The position numbers and the translations under genes were made by a program. The notes beneath the pieces are model-generated. The model was not told where the DNA came from, searched no databases, and was given only the letters and a program-made list of their open reading frames with translations. This document shows positions 24,634 through 37,905 of a stretch of DNA of 64,000 nucleotides, piece by piece. The DNA comes from Squalus acanthias. Its lineage: Eukaryota. The stretch lies in assembly GCA_030390025.1 (NCBI GenBank), contig CM059432.1:111912001-111976000 (forward strand). The letters are read 5' to 3'. The stretch's first letter is position 1, and every line of letters starts with the position of its first letter.

Positions 24634-26510
24634 AACGTCTTTAATAATAGCTTCTAACATCTTCCCTATGACAGATGTTAAGCTAACTGGCCTGTAGTTC
24701 CCTGCTTTCTGTCTCCCTCCCTTTTTGAATAAAGGAGTTACATTCGCTATTTTCCAATCTAATGGAACCTTCCCTGAATCTAGGGAATTTTTGAAAATTA
24801 AAACCAACGCATCAACTATCTCACTAGCCACTTCTTTTAAGACCCTAGGATGAAGTCCATCAGGACCCGGGGGCTTGTCAGCCCGCAGCTCCAACAATTT
24901 GCTCAGTACCACTTCCCTGGTGATTGTAATTTTCTTGAGTTCCTCCCTCCCTTCCATTTCCTGATTTACAGCTATTTCTGGGATGTTACTTGTATCCTCT
25001 ATAGTGAAGACCGATGCAAAATACCTGTTCAATTCAACTGCCATCTCCTTATTTTCCATTATTAATTCCCCAAACTCACTTTTTATAGGACCAACACTAA
25101 CTTTGTTAACTCTTTTCTTTTTAAAATATCTATAGAAACTTTTACTATCTGTTTTTATATTTCTAGCTAGCTTTCTCTCGTACTCTAAATTTTCTCTCCT
25201 TATTAATCTTTTAGTCATTCTTTGCTGTTTTTTATATTCTGTCCAATCTTCTGACCTGCCACCCATCTTTGTGCAATTATATGCTTTTTCTTTAAGGTTA
25301 ATACTATCTTTAACTTTTTTAGTTAACCACGGATGGTGAGTCCTTCCCTTGGAATTTTTATTTCTTGTTGGAATGTATATATTCTGTGTATTTTGAAATA
25401 TCCCCTTAAATATGTGCCACTGCAACTCTATTGACCTATCCCTTAACCTAATTTGCCAGTTCACTTTAGCTAGCTCTGCTTTCATGCCCTCATAATTGCC
25501 CTTATTTAAGTTTAAAATACTAGTCTGGGACCCACTCTTCTCTCTCTCAAACTGAATGTAAAATTCAATCATATTATGATCGCTGCTACCGAGGGGCGCC
25601 TTCACTATGAGGTAATTAATTAATCCTATCTCGTTGCACAATAATCTATCAATATCTCTTTGTAAATTTATGCTTTCATCTACAATGCCTACAATGCTGC
25701 CTATCTTTGTATCACCGGCAAATTTGGATATATGGCTTTCTATCCTATCATCTAAGTCGTTAATAAATATTGTGAATAGTTGAGGCCCCAACACAGATCC
25801 CTGCGGGACACCACTAGTCACATCCTGCCAATTTGAGTACCTACCCATTATCCCTACTCTCTGTCTCCTGCCACTCAGCCAATTTCCTAACCAGGTCAAT
25901 AATTTGCCCTCAACTCCATGGGCTTCTACCTTAGATAACAGTCTCTTATGTGGGACTTTATCAAATGCCTTCTGGAAGTCCATATAAATAACATCCATAG
26001 ACATTCCCCTGTCCACTACTTTAGTCACCTCTTCAAAAAATTCAATCAGGTTTGTCAGGCATCACCTATCTTTCACAGAACCATGCTGGCTCTCTCTGAT
26101 CAACTGAATATTATCGAGGTGTTCAGTCACCTTATCCTTAATTATAGACTCTAGCAATTGCCCGACAACAGATGTTAGGCTAACTGGTCTATAATTCCCT
26201 GGTTTCCCTCTCTCGCCATTCTTAAAAAGCGGAGTGACATGTGCAATTTTCCAATCTAAAGGAACGGTTCCTGAATCGAGAGAACTTTGGAAGATTATAG
26301 TTAGGGCATCTGCAATGTGCTCACCTACTTCCTTTAAAACCCTGGGATGGAAACCATCTGGTCCTGGGGATTTAAAACATCGAGCCTTTCATCTACATTT
26401 ATTAAAGATTCTTAGCATTTTGTCTGTATTCATACAAATTTTGAGATCAAAGCAGATTTTGACTGATGATTAAGACTGTTGACTTACATTGGCCATGAAA
26501 GCAATCTAAT

Positions 26511-26928
26511 GGGGTACGGTAGCATAGTGGTTATGTCACTGGACTAGTAATCCTAGTTAGGCCTGGACTAATGATCTGATACCGAAACATGAATTCAAAT
26601 CCCACCATAGCAGCTGGGGAATTTAGATTCAATTAAACAAATCTGGAATAAAAAGCTAGTATCATGAAGACTACCAGATTGACATAAAAACCCATCTAGT
26701 TCACTAATGTCCTTTAGGGAAGGAAATCTGCCGTCCTTACCTGGCCTGGCCTAGATGTGACTCCAGACCCACAGCAATGTGGTTGACTCTAAATAGCCCT
26801 CTGAAATGGCCTGGCAAGCCACTTATTCAAGAAGGTGGCTCACCACCACCTTCACAAGGCCAATTCGGGATGGACAATAAATGTTGGCCTAGCTGGTGAT
26901 GCCCACATCTCAGAATGAATTAAAAAGA
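26511..26928 (+). mobile_element. tRNA-derived SINE made of the head and 5' body plus 3' tail of the 16422-20133 LINE family
   Basis: A box TAGCATAGTGG, B box-like ATTCAAATCC; ~26655-26826 matches 16421-16603; ~26827-26920 matches 20028-20120. Confidence 0.88.
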
Positions 26929-27814
26929 ATTGGATGAATGAGGTGACTTTGGACATTTTGTGGCATTGACTATGCTAGCAGCTGCAATAGTCACTTGGGC
27001 TTGGCCATTTCCTCGAGCCTTTCATCTTATCTTTTCATACCTTCCTGGGAGATTTTTGGCAGATTTCCCACAGTGTAAAGTTATGGTTTAGTAGAAGGCA
27101 CTGGAGACACTGTTTGTAATTGCTGACAATAGGAAAAGGAATTCCTGTAGTTTACGCAAATTGTGAAGCCAGACCTGGCATAAAACCACCAGGTAGAAAC
27201 AGAGTAAGTGCCAACAAACTTACAGAAATGTATGGCCACACTGCACACAAAACCCCATTGCTCCCCTCTCTCACAGCATGTAAAGAATAGCAACAGGATC
27301 GATAAAGAATTCTTACCCGTTCTGGTGACACATAGCAATGATTGTTGTTGGAATCCCTCATTCACGTGTTTCTGCCTCCTGCGTCGGATTGCGAGCACTG
27401 TTCCCTGTGGGAATGAATGGACTTCCCAAGTGCTCACTTAATGCAAGAGTTTTGGAGCTGCAAAGGATTGTGAGATTGTGGCTGGATAAAAGGTTCCCTT
27501 TGCACTATTTCTTAAAGGAGATGAAAGCCTTTCTGAATAATTTTAATGGAGAACTATCAACAGATGTTGTTTGCCAGCAAACCCCACTTATCCTTTGTTC
27601 TCGGTTCTGCATTTTATTGAATTGTAAGTACTTGATTAGCTTTTTGGGGAAATTTTTTATTTAGTTGTTTTCATAGCATTGACAGCAAGCATACAAAACG
27701 CAACACTGTTTAATAAGCAGTTGTATTTTGTCTGCTTAATTCTGGCACGATTAGCATTAACATGTTTAAAGAATGGCTTTTGCTCCCAAAAGAAGACAAT
27801 CAAATTTGAATATA

Positions 27815-28380
27815 GTAATATTGTATTTATATAGCGCCTTTAACATAGTAAAATGTCCCAAGGCGCTTCACAGGAGCGTTATCAAACTAAATTTGACCCC
27901 GAGCCACATAAGGAGATATCAGGGCAGATGAGGTAGGTTTTAAGGAGCATCTTAAAGGAGGAGAGAGAGGTAGAGATGTGAAGAGATTTAGGGAGGGAAT
28001 TCCAGAGCTTAGGGCCTTGACAGCTGAAGGCTCTAATGGTGGAGCGATTAAAATCAGGGATGCACAAGAGGCCAGAATTAGAGGAGCGCAGATATCTCAG
28101 ATGGTTGTACGACTGGAGGAGATTACAGAGATAGGGAGGGGGCAAGGCCATGGATGGATTTGAAAACAAGGATGAGAATTTTAAAATCGAGACATTGCCG
28201 GACCGGGAGCCAATGTAGGTCAACGAGCACAGGGGTAATGGGTGAACGGGACTTGGTGCGAGTTAGGACACGGGCTGCCGAGTTTTGGATGACCTCAGGT
28301 TTACGGAGGTTGGAAGATGGGAGGCCGGGCAGGAGGACACGGGAATAGTCAAGTCTAGAGGTAACAAAGGCATGGGTGAG
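27815..28380 (-). mobile_element. L2 LINE 3' fragment
   Basis: HAFVTSRLDYS..IQNSAARVLTRTK..PITPVL.DLHWLPVRQ; tail rc AAAGGCGCTATATAAATACAA. Confidence 0.9.
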
Positions 28381-28607
28381 GATAAGATAATATACACATT
28401 TGTTCCTGGGCAGGAAAGTAATTTCTTTCCAAACCACAGATTTAAATGTGTCTGGTACAGCAAGAGAAGCTTTCTCATATTCACGGGAGTATTGTGACTA
28501 ATGCTGATGAAAATTATGAAAGATGTCTGAACAGCATTCTATAGGTTGCACGGAGAAGTCCAAATTATACTTTTTAGGAATTTTTTTGTGCTTGTTCAGG
28601 GAGTTAA

Positions 28608-30362
28608 GGGGACTATTTTAGTGAAAGGGTGAAAACAGGTGCTAAATGGGTGCAGTGCTAATAAGACATGCATGTTTGAAAGTCTGGTTTTAACGCGCAA
28701 TTTTGGTCCTAATTGCTGATTACCATAATTTGAACTTGCCTGAAGGTTCTAAAACAGAGACCTGCAGGTTTAGCACTCAAGTGCTGATTAGACGCAATTT
28801 TCGTGGAGCAGTATATGTGAACTCCTCGCACCCACTTTCACTGAAGGTGTGGAGTGGGCTGGCTGACACACAGTGGCACATTGCAGGATGGCTCAGGGAC
28901 AGTGAGAGGGCGCACAGGTTCTCGGACACGGCGCTGGAGGTCCTGGTGGAGGAGGTCCAGAGGAGGAGGGATGTCCTGTACCCGCAGGGAGGAAGGAGTC
29001 CACCTCACCCTCCTGTCCCTCTCTCCTGCAGCAGCTGGTGCTGCTCTGCCTGGCCTCATGTCCTCCCATTCCTCCTGCAGACCAAGGGGGACCCCTAGCA
29101 AGATCCCCATGACCGAGCACTCCCTTTCTCCTGGTGACTCCTTTAAGGTGTCCAATAATGTAGAGTAGCCCAGCACTCACTCTCTTTAGGTGAAGTCCTC
29201 AGAGAATTTCTGGAATAAATGTTGACAGAGTGTTGGTGAAGTCTTGACAAAGTGTCCCAAAAAGTCTCCCGATGTGTTTCAAAAGTCCTCTTCAAACCTT
29301 CAGCAACAAGTGAACAGTAAAATGTGATATACCTTTAAGTAGCGCTCAAAATCCTCAGCAATGATTTGTTTACTCCTTTTCAGTTGGTCGCTGTTAGGAG
29401 AGGGCGTTAGATCAAGAGTTATCCACCAAAATGACATGCAGCCTCTTTAATGAGTGTAAGCAGGCAATTTAAGTGGCAATAAGCCCCTGAACGATCCCCT
29501 GGGCGGCTGTTACTAGCGCGCGATTCAACTCCTTTACCAAGATGGCATCTTGCGCTAAACGAGGGCTAAACCAGCGTTGCAGCTTAAGACCCCATCTTGG
29601 CCACCTCTTTACCTCTTTAGCGTCTAAAGGGGGAGAAATTGGTCTCCTTTGCGCCTCCCATTAGCGCCTCCGAGGACGCCAGCTTTGTGACTTGGTGCGG
29701 TGATAGTACCAATGCCCGTGAAATTGACGTGGAGGTTTGTGGCGGCGTCAACCTGCACCCGGAGATCGTGACGTCATCCGGCTGCGCAGCGCCCCGATAG
29801 CAACCCGGATCCGAACTTCGGTTCTGCCCCCTGCAGCATCGCCGGGCGATAACATCGCCAGCCATAGGAGGTGTTGTTAGGGAGGCCGGGTGCTTGGGGA
29901 GCGGTATTTAAAGATAAGGCCGCTTGTGTCAATGAAAAATTTGTTTTCACCCCTTAGGTTGTTTTTTCAACTTTTTCCTGTGTCGCGATTGATCAGCCCT
30001 GCACTCTATTAGAGTGCTTGGGGGCTGATCGTCGCGGATCGCGGCTGCCGTCGGCGATGAGGGACATCAATTTAATGCAGAGCCTGCAGCAATGGCCCTT
30101 CCCTTTAAGGGAGGGAAGGAGTCTCCGTTCCCGGCAGCGCTACCCTCGACATTGGGCAGCGCTGCACCGCTATCGCCCCTCTTGCCGAACTTTAGCGCTC
30201 CAAGGGAAGTGGTAGCGCTTGATTTAGTGCTCCACTTCCTTCCTGGAGCGCTAAACCCGAAGTTCGCGTCGGATTCACTGGCAGAGCGCCCGGCGCTATT
30301 TTTTCATTACCGCTAAAGTATACTCAATTTCTCCCCCAAAGTATTTGACCAAAATCGCCCCC
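28608..30362 (+). mobile_element. Internally deleted Harbinger element (Myb exon-1 stub on +, transposase N-terminal stub on -)
   Basis: RERAHRFSDTALEVLVEEVQRRRDVLYPQG at ~28900-29000; MGILLGVPLG.. on - from 29110; imperfect TIR GGGGACTATTTTA / CAAAATCGCCCCC. Confidence 0.7.
29629..30337. mobile_element. CpG-rich Harbinger-like MITE (709 bp), nested
   Basis: Perfect 13-bp TIR GGGGGAGAAATTG / CAATTTCTCCCCC, AAA TSD. Confidence 0.85.
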
Positions 30363-31079
30363 AAAACATTTTTCGTATGTTTTCACCCAGCATCAAGTAT
30401 TCCCAGCTTGGGTATATAGCATGGATTGAATGAAAAATAACGCTCCCTTGACTTTGCTCCAATAAGGTGCCTTGACCCTTAATTTCAGAAGAGTACTCTT
30501 GACTGCAAAAGTGCTACATTTCTGTTTGTACAGCAGTCATTCCTGTGACTGTGTGAGAACTGTCAGACTAGTGCTAAACGGTTCCAAATTACAGGTAACG
30601 TTGTGCTGTGAGCTCGAATACATCGAGAAACTGGAAATTGAACTGGATTTAAAATGCCTAAACTCATTTCCCACAGGGCCTTTACAGCTGGTAGAAACTT
30701 TCATCTCATCAGCCTTAGCTCAGTTCAAACATAGGTCCCAGAAGTGAAAAGACTGCTAGCCCATTGTGCCATCCAGGTCCTTGTGCAAGGTACTTTGTAA
30801 AGAGCAGGCATCCTGAAAACATTGCTTTGGGGATTCGCTGCTTCCCAGAGCCCATCTATATGGAAACTGAATGAAGAATCCAGAAGGATTCTCCTGAAGC
30901 TATCTGTGCGAGCATAAGATAGTAATTTCTGTTTTCCTCAACAACGCATAGAGGTTAGGGTTTTCCAGTTCAGCCTTACGATTTTCCTGCCCGTTAAAAT
31001 GAATGGGGGCAAAAACATGGGCTGGCGCGCACACTAGCAAAAGTCCCGGCCCAGATCTGTTATCAGCTGCTGTACAATA

Positions 31080-31248
31080 AAAAGAAAAGAAAGACTTGCA
31101 TTTCTATAGCGCCTTTCATGACCACCGGACGCCTCAAAGCACTTTACAGCCAATGAAGTACTTTTTGAAGTGTAGTCACTGTTGTAATGTGGGAAACGCG
31201 GCAGCCAATTTGCATACAGCAAGCTCCCACAAACAGCAATGTGATAAA
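31080..31248 (-). mobile_element. 3' part of Deu-domain SINE
   Basis: Reverse complement of 56495-56660. Confidence 0.85.
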
Positions 31249-32094
31249 CTAGATATTCTTGCTAAAAGAAAAACTAATGCTAGTCCAGTAAATCTAATTC
31301 AAAATCTAGCTGTGACTGACATATGAACCTAGAAACCCTCTCTGGGCATGCTTTATTATCTCTCAGCCTGGCAGCTGATGGAGCACCTTGTTATGGCAAA
31401 GTGGCTTCATCTCACTGGGAGGCAAAATGTCCCGCCTCGGGCTGATACACAGGAGCATTGACAGAAGATGTGAAGGAGTCTGAGATTCTGACCTTTCCAC
31501 TCTTCTAGCTGAAGGATGACAGAATGAAGGCAAGAAAAACTGAACGACATAAAAACACATTTTGCTCTTAAAAGAGAAGTGTTTAATCTTTCACATGACT
31601 GAAGTACTGATATTTCTATAATGCTATCAGAGTTCGGTAGCTACTGCAAAGTCAGGCTTCCATAACAATTCTCTGATTAAAGGTTTATATGAAACATTAG
31701 CACTAGCTGGAAGGAGTTAAGCTAGCATAAGTCTTGCAGGTTAGATGGTGGCACTGTACAAGTCTTATAGGCAGGTTGAAATGCATGCAGGTGCTAGGTG
31801 TAATAAACAGTCCACAGTGTATTGAGTGCGTTAGAGTTCTCAGTTGGCTGCATGGTGGGGAGACCCACTGGTGCTGAACTAACAAGCCTGAGGATAGAGA
31901 ATTATCTCGCTCACACAGACCTCTCACATATTTTGCCTTTCAGAATATTTATATTTTTGTTGATGTTGCTCCAAAAAGGCTTTTAGAGTATTTGTTTTAG
32001 TAATTATAATGGTAGCTGCATTTAATTAGAAATGAGAGCTTTTAAATTGAGTAGGAGTTTTAGTGTATTTATAATTATTCCACAATTTTAAGAA

Positions 32095-32572
32095 AACACT
32101 TACCAGAATGGTTCTGGGGATGGGAGATCTTAGCTACAAGGACAGGTTGGAGAAGCTGAATTTGTTTTCATTAGAGCAAAGGAGGTTGAGGGGTGATTTG
32201 ATAGAGGTAACACGATTATGACGGGTTTGGATAGGCTAGACGGGGAAAGGCTGTTCCCACTAGTTGATGGTACAAGGACTAGGGGACACAGATTTAAGGT
32301 TTTGGGCAAGAGATACAGGGGGGATGTGAGGAAAAACCTTTTTACACAGCGAGTGGTGAGGACCTGGAACTCGTTGCCGACGGAAGTGGTGGCAACGGAT
32401 ACACTCAATGTTTTCAAGGGGAGACTGGATAGGCACTTGAGGGAAATAAACTTGCAAGGCTACAGGGATAGAACGGGGGAATGGGACTGACTCAATTGCT
32501 TTACAGAGAGCAGGCACGGACTCAATCGGCCGAATGACCTCCTTCTGTGCCATTATGACTCTATGACTCTAT
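32095..32572 (+). mobile_element. CR1 LINE 3' fragment
   Basis: RLFPLVDGTRTRGHRFKV..FTQRVVRTWNSLP; (ATGACTCT)n tail. Confidence 0.9.
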
Positions 32573-33110
32573 GGGCGCGATATTGCCAGCCCTGGGGAGG
32601 CGGGACTGCCGGGAAAATGGCAGAATTTGGCGGCGGGTGCCCAACCCGCCCCCAACCCGCCTCCGTGCCATCTTGCCAGGAGGCAGGTAGGTGACCCGCG
32701 CCGGGTCCCGTCTCCTTGGAGGCGGGAAGGGTTTACAGCCACTTAACTGCCTGTTAACAGGTAGTTAACAGGCAGATAAGAGGATTATCCCCATTTTGCC
32801 CACACAAGTGCAGGCTTCCTGAAGGCTCCGAACCCCGCCAGGGTCACCGAGGCGAGCAGTGGGTCTGCGAGGGTCGGAGGGGTGCAAAAGTGCGCTGTGA
32901 AGGTAAGTGATGGGTGCAAGTGTGGAGAGGTGAGTATGTGAGGTAAGTGGAAAGTGTTAGAAAAAGTTTACTTACCTTTGTTTCTACCTGCAGGCTTCAA
33001 TCGGTGGGTATGCGGAGAGTCTCACATCTCCGCGGCAGAGATGACAGATGGCCGTTGCATTTTCCAATGCAACAACCATCTAATTTCTGCAAAAGAAAGA
33101 GGTTTGATGA
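32573..33110. mobile_element. Harbinger-like MITE, copy 3 (inverted, truncated)
   Basis: Reverse-complement similarity to ~990-1525; begins at a CR1 tail like copy 1. Confidence 0.75.
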
Positions 33111-34652
33111 GGTCTTGAATTCAAGAGATGGTAGATGGGATACAGATTTAAGAAAATGTGAATAGCCGAATAGTGAACCCCAGGGACACTATGAAAATAA
33201 ATAATGACACAGTTGGGTCAACACGCAGCTACTTGATGCAACTAATGAGTAGACTCCCTCTTTAAGTACGAGGAATCAGTATGGCTGAATGGGACAACCG
33301 TGCATGACCCATTTTATATAGACATTGATGTCCAGCAGCGCTATTCAGGTACGAAGATCGCAATGTGGGGCAAGGACCTCATATTGAGGACTAAATGAGC
33401 CTTATACATGAGACTGGTGCATAGGTCTTCAACACCACAGGTACTTCCCTATTGCACTATATACATGGGCCACACAGCAGGCCCTAGACTTCAGAACCTG
33501 ATAATACAATTGCCTGCGCTCAATTCACATTAATGGTATGGGCGCCAAGCATCATGCTATCGACCTCAAACTATCCATGGGAGATTTCCCTTCTGTGTTA
33601 TGTATAAAAATCATAAACTCACTGGGGGATAAATTAGACAGCCCCCAAAAATGGGCACGGGGATCACGATACACAATTAACCCACGCCCATTGCTTCCGA
33701 TGCAGGCAGCACGCCTGCTAATTTAAATGATTGGAGCATGCAGCCAGCGCTAACCGGCTGTTGAGTGGCTGCATGCCTCAGGGGGGGCCCAAGTTCGTGC
33801 GAGGCTACCACCACTTAATGCTAGCCTACACTACTTAAACCTGGCCTGCACCTCTTAAAGGGGAGGTGCATTCTGGCTGGAGCAGGTGCTGGAACTCTTT
33901 GTGGAAGAGAGTCTGAGCAGGAAGAATACTGAATAATGGTGCAACAGGGGAGCGCGTGTGCTCCAAGGTTCCCTGATGCTGCACTGGAGGCCTTGGTGTA
34001 GGAGATGGAAGGAGGAGAGAGGTCCTGTATCCACAGGGGGCCAGGAGGCCCTCCAGACAAACTCTGCAAAGGCAGTGGGCGCAGATAACCGTGGCAGTCA
34101 ATGCCAGGAGTCAAGTCGAGGACAGGGATCCAGTGCCGAAAGAAGTTTAATGACCTAACATGAGTGGTCAAGGTCAATGAATTCATCTTCAAATGCCACA
34201 TCCTACGAACTGCACCACTAGCCTCACACAATGCTCAATACACCCCCATCATTCACCTACCAACAATCTCGATCAAGCAGGATTCAAACCTCACATTCAT
34301 AGCTTCACCTCACCCTTACACACTTAGCACTGCTGAAAGCTGCACATTCACATCTCACAGCTTCACACACTGTCAGCTATTCAACCATGGCAGGCACATC
34401 ACCCAAACACATTGCACCACACTCACTGACACACTTCCCTTTCTCTTGAAGGACAAGGTGGCGCATAACCGGAGGCAACAGGAGCTAACCAGTGGGCTAC
34501 TGGCACCTGCATGACCTTACCCCCATGGAGGACACGGTGCTCTCCATCATTGGAGATGCCATCACTGAGGCCGTGGCCAATGGCGGGGCTGAAACCATCA
34601 AAGAGGATGGTATTCTCATACCTAATCCTCCTTCTCCATCCAACTTCCCCCT

Positions 34653-34870
34653 TGACATGAATCCTGTTATTCATGTATGAAGTAATACTGGGCGGCCTGC
34701 TGGTGGCGCTGTCCAGGGAGAGTATAAATACTCGGGCATGGGCCCAGCTTGCTTAGGACATTCTTCAACAGGAACTAGTGAAGGACACAACTAGATTTCC
34801 ATGTTGAAAAACAGTTGATTAAAGCTTTGTTTAACGCTTAGACCAAGTGCCTCGTAGTTTTCTTACGTCA
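34653..34870 (+). mobile_element. Solo LTR (218 bp)
   Basis: TGAC...GTCA termini, 5-bp TSD CCCCT, TATAAATA then ATTAAA; absent from copy 2 intron. Confidence 0.85.
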
Positions 34871-35780
34871 CCCCTCATCCCACAATGACTTTTGATTTAA
34901 AAGCTGCAGATGGTGTTAGCATGCACCTCTTACTTTTCCTCCTCACCACACCACAACCCTACCCCTGTGCCTTTCTCCTTTCAGATACCCAAGAACTGCA
35001 ACCTGGCCAGGCTGTGGTGGAACAGCAATGGATGATGAAGATACAGCACCGTCACTCGATTTCACACTTGCAGCCACCAGCTCAGACACTGACACTCCAT
35101 GTAATTAGACGATAGCATAGAGGCAGGATCTGCACATGACGAGACACCAGGGGAGGGGGCAAGGGTAGCACAGGTACCAGCTCGCCGTAGAGCGAGGTCG
35201 CACATGGGTTCTGTTGCACATGACTCAGATGAGCACTTAGATGGTGCAGGCTACAGAAGGAGGCTGATGGGAATGCACAATGAAATGCTTGGTGCATTGG
35301 CAGGCCTGCCAGAAAGCCTCCATGCAATATCAAGGAGCATGGAGGAGTCCAGCACCAACTTGGCACGGGGCTTTGCGCAGAGCTTGGAGCCCATCCTTTC
35401 CAGTGTGGAAGTGGTGGTCAACTTCATTAGCGCACTTGCGGACACAATCATGATAGTGTCTGACAGCAGATTTCTCAGCTTCCATTGCAGCACAAGAGGA
35501 AGCCACCCAACGTCATGCAGGCTCAGACTGCTGCCATTGTGGCTGAGATTACCAGTGTGGAAAGGGGCTTGCAGGGTGTCACAGCAGTCCAGCAATTTGT
35601 CCTCCAACAGATAAATAGGATTGCTGAGGCGCCACCCTGGGGAAGTGGCAGTGGCTCCATGGAGCAGGAACCTACTGTCCTCTCTCAGGAGGACAGCATT
35701 TATCCTCCCATCCCTGCCACTTCACCAATGCCCTTGCTGTTGCCTGTCAGTCAGCCAGCCCAGACTGCTGCCGCCCATGC

Positions 35781-35927
35781 TGTAATATATGTGGGTAGAA
35801 AAAAAAGGGCAGAGACAGGATGAGTTGCTAGGCCATGTGCTTGCTTTATTAGGCCAGAGTGAACTGAGCATGGTCATACTAAGCCATGTGACAAACCATG
35901 TGACAAACCATGTGATAATACATTACA
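35781..35927 (-). repeat. Gypsy 3' LTR
   Basis: Direct repeat of 41459-41607; internal CCATGTGACAAA tandem. Confidence 0.95.
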
Positions 35928-36569
35928 CTGCTTTCCCCCTTAAAAAAAAGTACATATTCCCCTCTCAAATACAACAAAACTATGGTCCCACTTTTCCCAG
36001 CATTACATGTACCACATAACAAAAACTCAGGGCTTTTTTCCTTTTAACTAAAAATCCTACAAATCAACTACAAATCCAGTTTAATAACAGGTTTGTGGAG
36101 CCTTCCTGATCTCCTTACTGAAGGTTTTGGTGTTGAACCAATTTTCGGGCGGTTTTGTTTTGGTTCCGAACTCAAAGATGACCCTGTTTCTATCTCAGAT
36201 TTGTTTGAACCTGATACTTCAGTTACTGAAGTCTGAACTAAGTCAAACTCTTGTATGTGTTCATGATCAAGGGGTTCACTATCATGTCTTGGTTCATCTC
36301 TAGCAGAGATCATTTGATCTACATGAATACTTCAGATTTTGTCACCAATTTCACCCAAATATCTCTTGGTTCCACCAACCTCTGCTATGGTTCTTACATC
36401 CCACTTGTGTGAACTCAACTTGCCCGGGGGACTGAGAACATGAACACACTCGTTTTGTTTGAAACTGCGTTCTTTCTGATTAGTGTCATAATAACGTTTC
36501 TGACTCAACTATTTCTGTTCAACTCTTGAGGCCAAATTTGGTTGAACAAGACTCAATTGTGTTCTCAAT

Positions 36570-37074
36570 AGAAACATAGAAACATAGAAAAATAGGAGCA
36601 GGAGTAGGCCATTCAGCCCTTCGAGCCTGCTCCGCCATTCAATATGATCATGGCTGATCCTTTATCTCAATACCATATTCCCGCTCTCTCCCCATACCCC
36701 TTGATGCCTTTGTGTCTGGAAATCTATCTATCTATCTCCTTCTTAATATATTCAGTGACTTGGCCTCCACAGCCCTCTGAGTGAAGAAATTTCTCCCCAT
36801 TTCAGTCCTAAATGTCGTACCCCGTATCCTGAGACTGTGACCCCTCGTTCTAGACCCCCCAGCCAGGGGAAACATCCTCCCTGCATCCAGTCTGTCTAGC
36901 CCTGTCAGAATTTTATATGTTTCAATGAGATCCCCTCTCATTCTTCTAAACTCTAGTGAATACAAGCCTAGTCGACCCAATCTCTCCTCATACGACAGTC
37001 CTGCCATCCCAGGAATCAGTCTGGTGAACCTTCGCTGCACTCCCTCTATGGCAAGTATATCCTTTCTTAGGTAA
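36570..37074 (-). mobile_element. CR1 3' fragment inserted in Gypsy integrase
   Basis: QRRFTRLIPGMAGLSYEERL; (ATGTTTCT)n tail; same subfamily as CR1 'c'. Confidence 0.9.
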
Positions 37075-37905
37075 TCTTCTCTTCATCAAGAGCTCTGCTG
37101 GGGTATGTCCAGTTGTAGTGTGCAGAGTGGTTCTGTACTTCAGCAAGAATTTGCCAAATGTTGTTTCATGCTGAGTCCCAAACAACCCTGCAACACTTGC
37201 TTTTTGAGAGCTTCTTTCACTATTCTGACTGACCTTTCGGCTGCTCCGTTTGAAGCTGGATGATATGGTGGAATGAGAGTGTGTTTGATACCATTCCGTT
37301 TTCATGAATTCTTGGAATAGAGCAGAATGGAACTGAGGGTCATTGTCAGAAACAAGCTCTTCAGGTAAGAAACGTGCACAGTACTGGACCATTCCAAGGA
37401 AAGATCTTAACTCAGACACGTTCTGTGGCTTTGGAGCATTGATGACAGCATCAAGCTTTTCCTTCACTGGTTGCAAGCCATTTGCATCAACTTTCAGACC
37501 AAGGTACACAACCTCAGTCTGCACAAAAGCATATTTGCTCCTTTTCAATTAGACATTGTGGGCATTCAACCTTTGAAGCACTATATCTAACACTTCTAGA
37601 TTTTCTTCCTCGCTGCTTGTTGCGATCAGCACATCGTCTTGATTGCATAAGCAATTTGGAACCCCTTGCAAAATCTTATCAATCATAGCCTGGAAGATTT
37701 TGGGGGAGGACTTCACACCATACGGCAGCTTGGTGTATGTGTGTGTTGATGGTGAGATATTGCTGACTCTCTTTGCCAACATTCAGCTGAGCGTAAGCGT
37801 GCGACAGATCAAGCTTGGAGAAAACCTTTGACCCAGAGAGTGCTGCATACAAATCTTGCGATGAAAGTAACGCTACTGCTCATCGTCAACTGCTTGGTTG
37901 ATAAC

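Larger units (their letters stand above)
20931..25645 (-). mobile_element. CR1 LINE 'b' (pieces 20931-21108, 21503-21796, 23017-23904, 24634-25645), 5'-truncated in the endonuclease
   Basis: [36 protein letters not shown]; pieces rejoin at each insertion. Confidence 0.9.
16386..26372 (-). mobile_element. CR1 LINE 'a', host of the nested cluster (pieces 16386-16421, 20134-20930, 25646-26372)
   Basis: Tail CATTCAGC|CCCTCGAGCC rejoins across 16422-20133; RT CACTTAAT|CTATCAATATC rejoins across 20931-25645 (TAAT duplicated). Confidence 0.85.

Noticed and set aside
24580..26028. 482-aa ORF with RT placed before endonuclease, suggesting a novel domain order
   Set aside because: Chance in-frame junction of CR1-a and nested CR1-b at 25645 (LQRDIDRL|LCNEIG), ending in a MITE.
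29629..30337. CpG-island promoter
   Set aside because: CpG richness is confined between the MITE TIRs.
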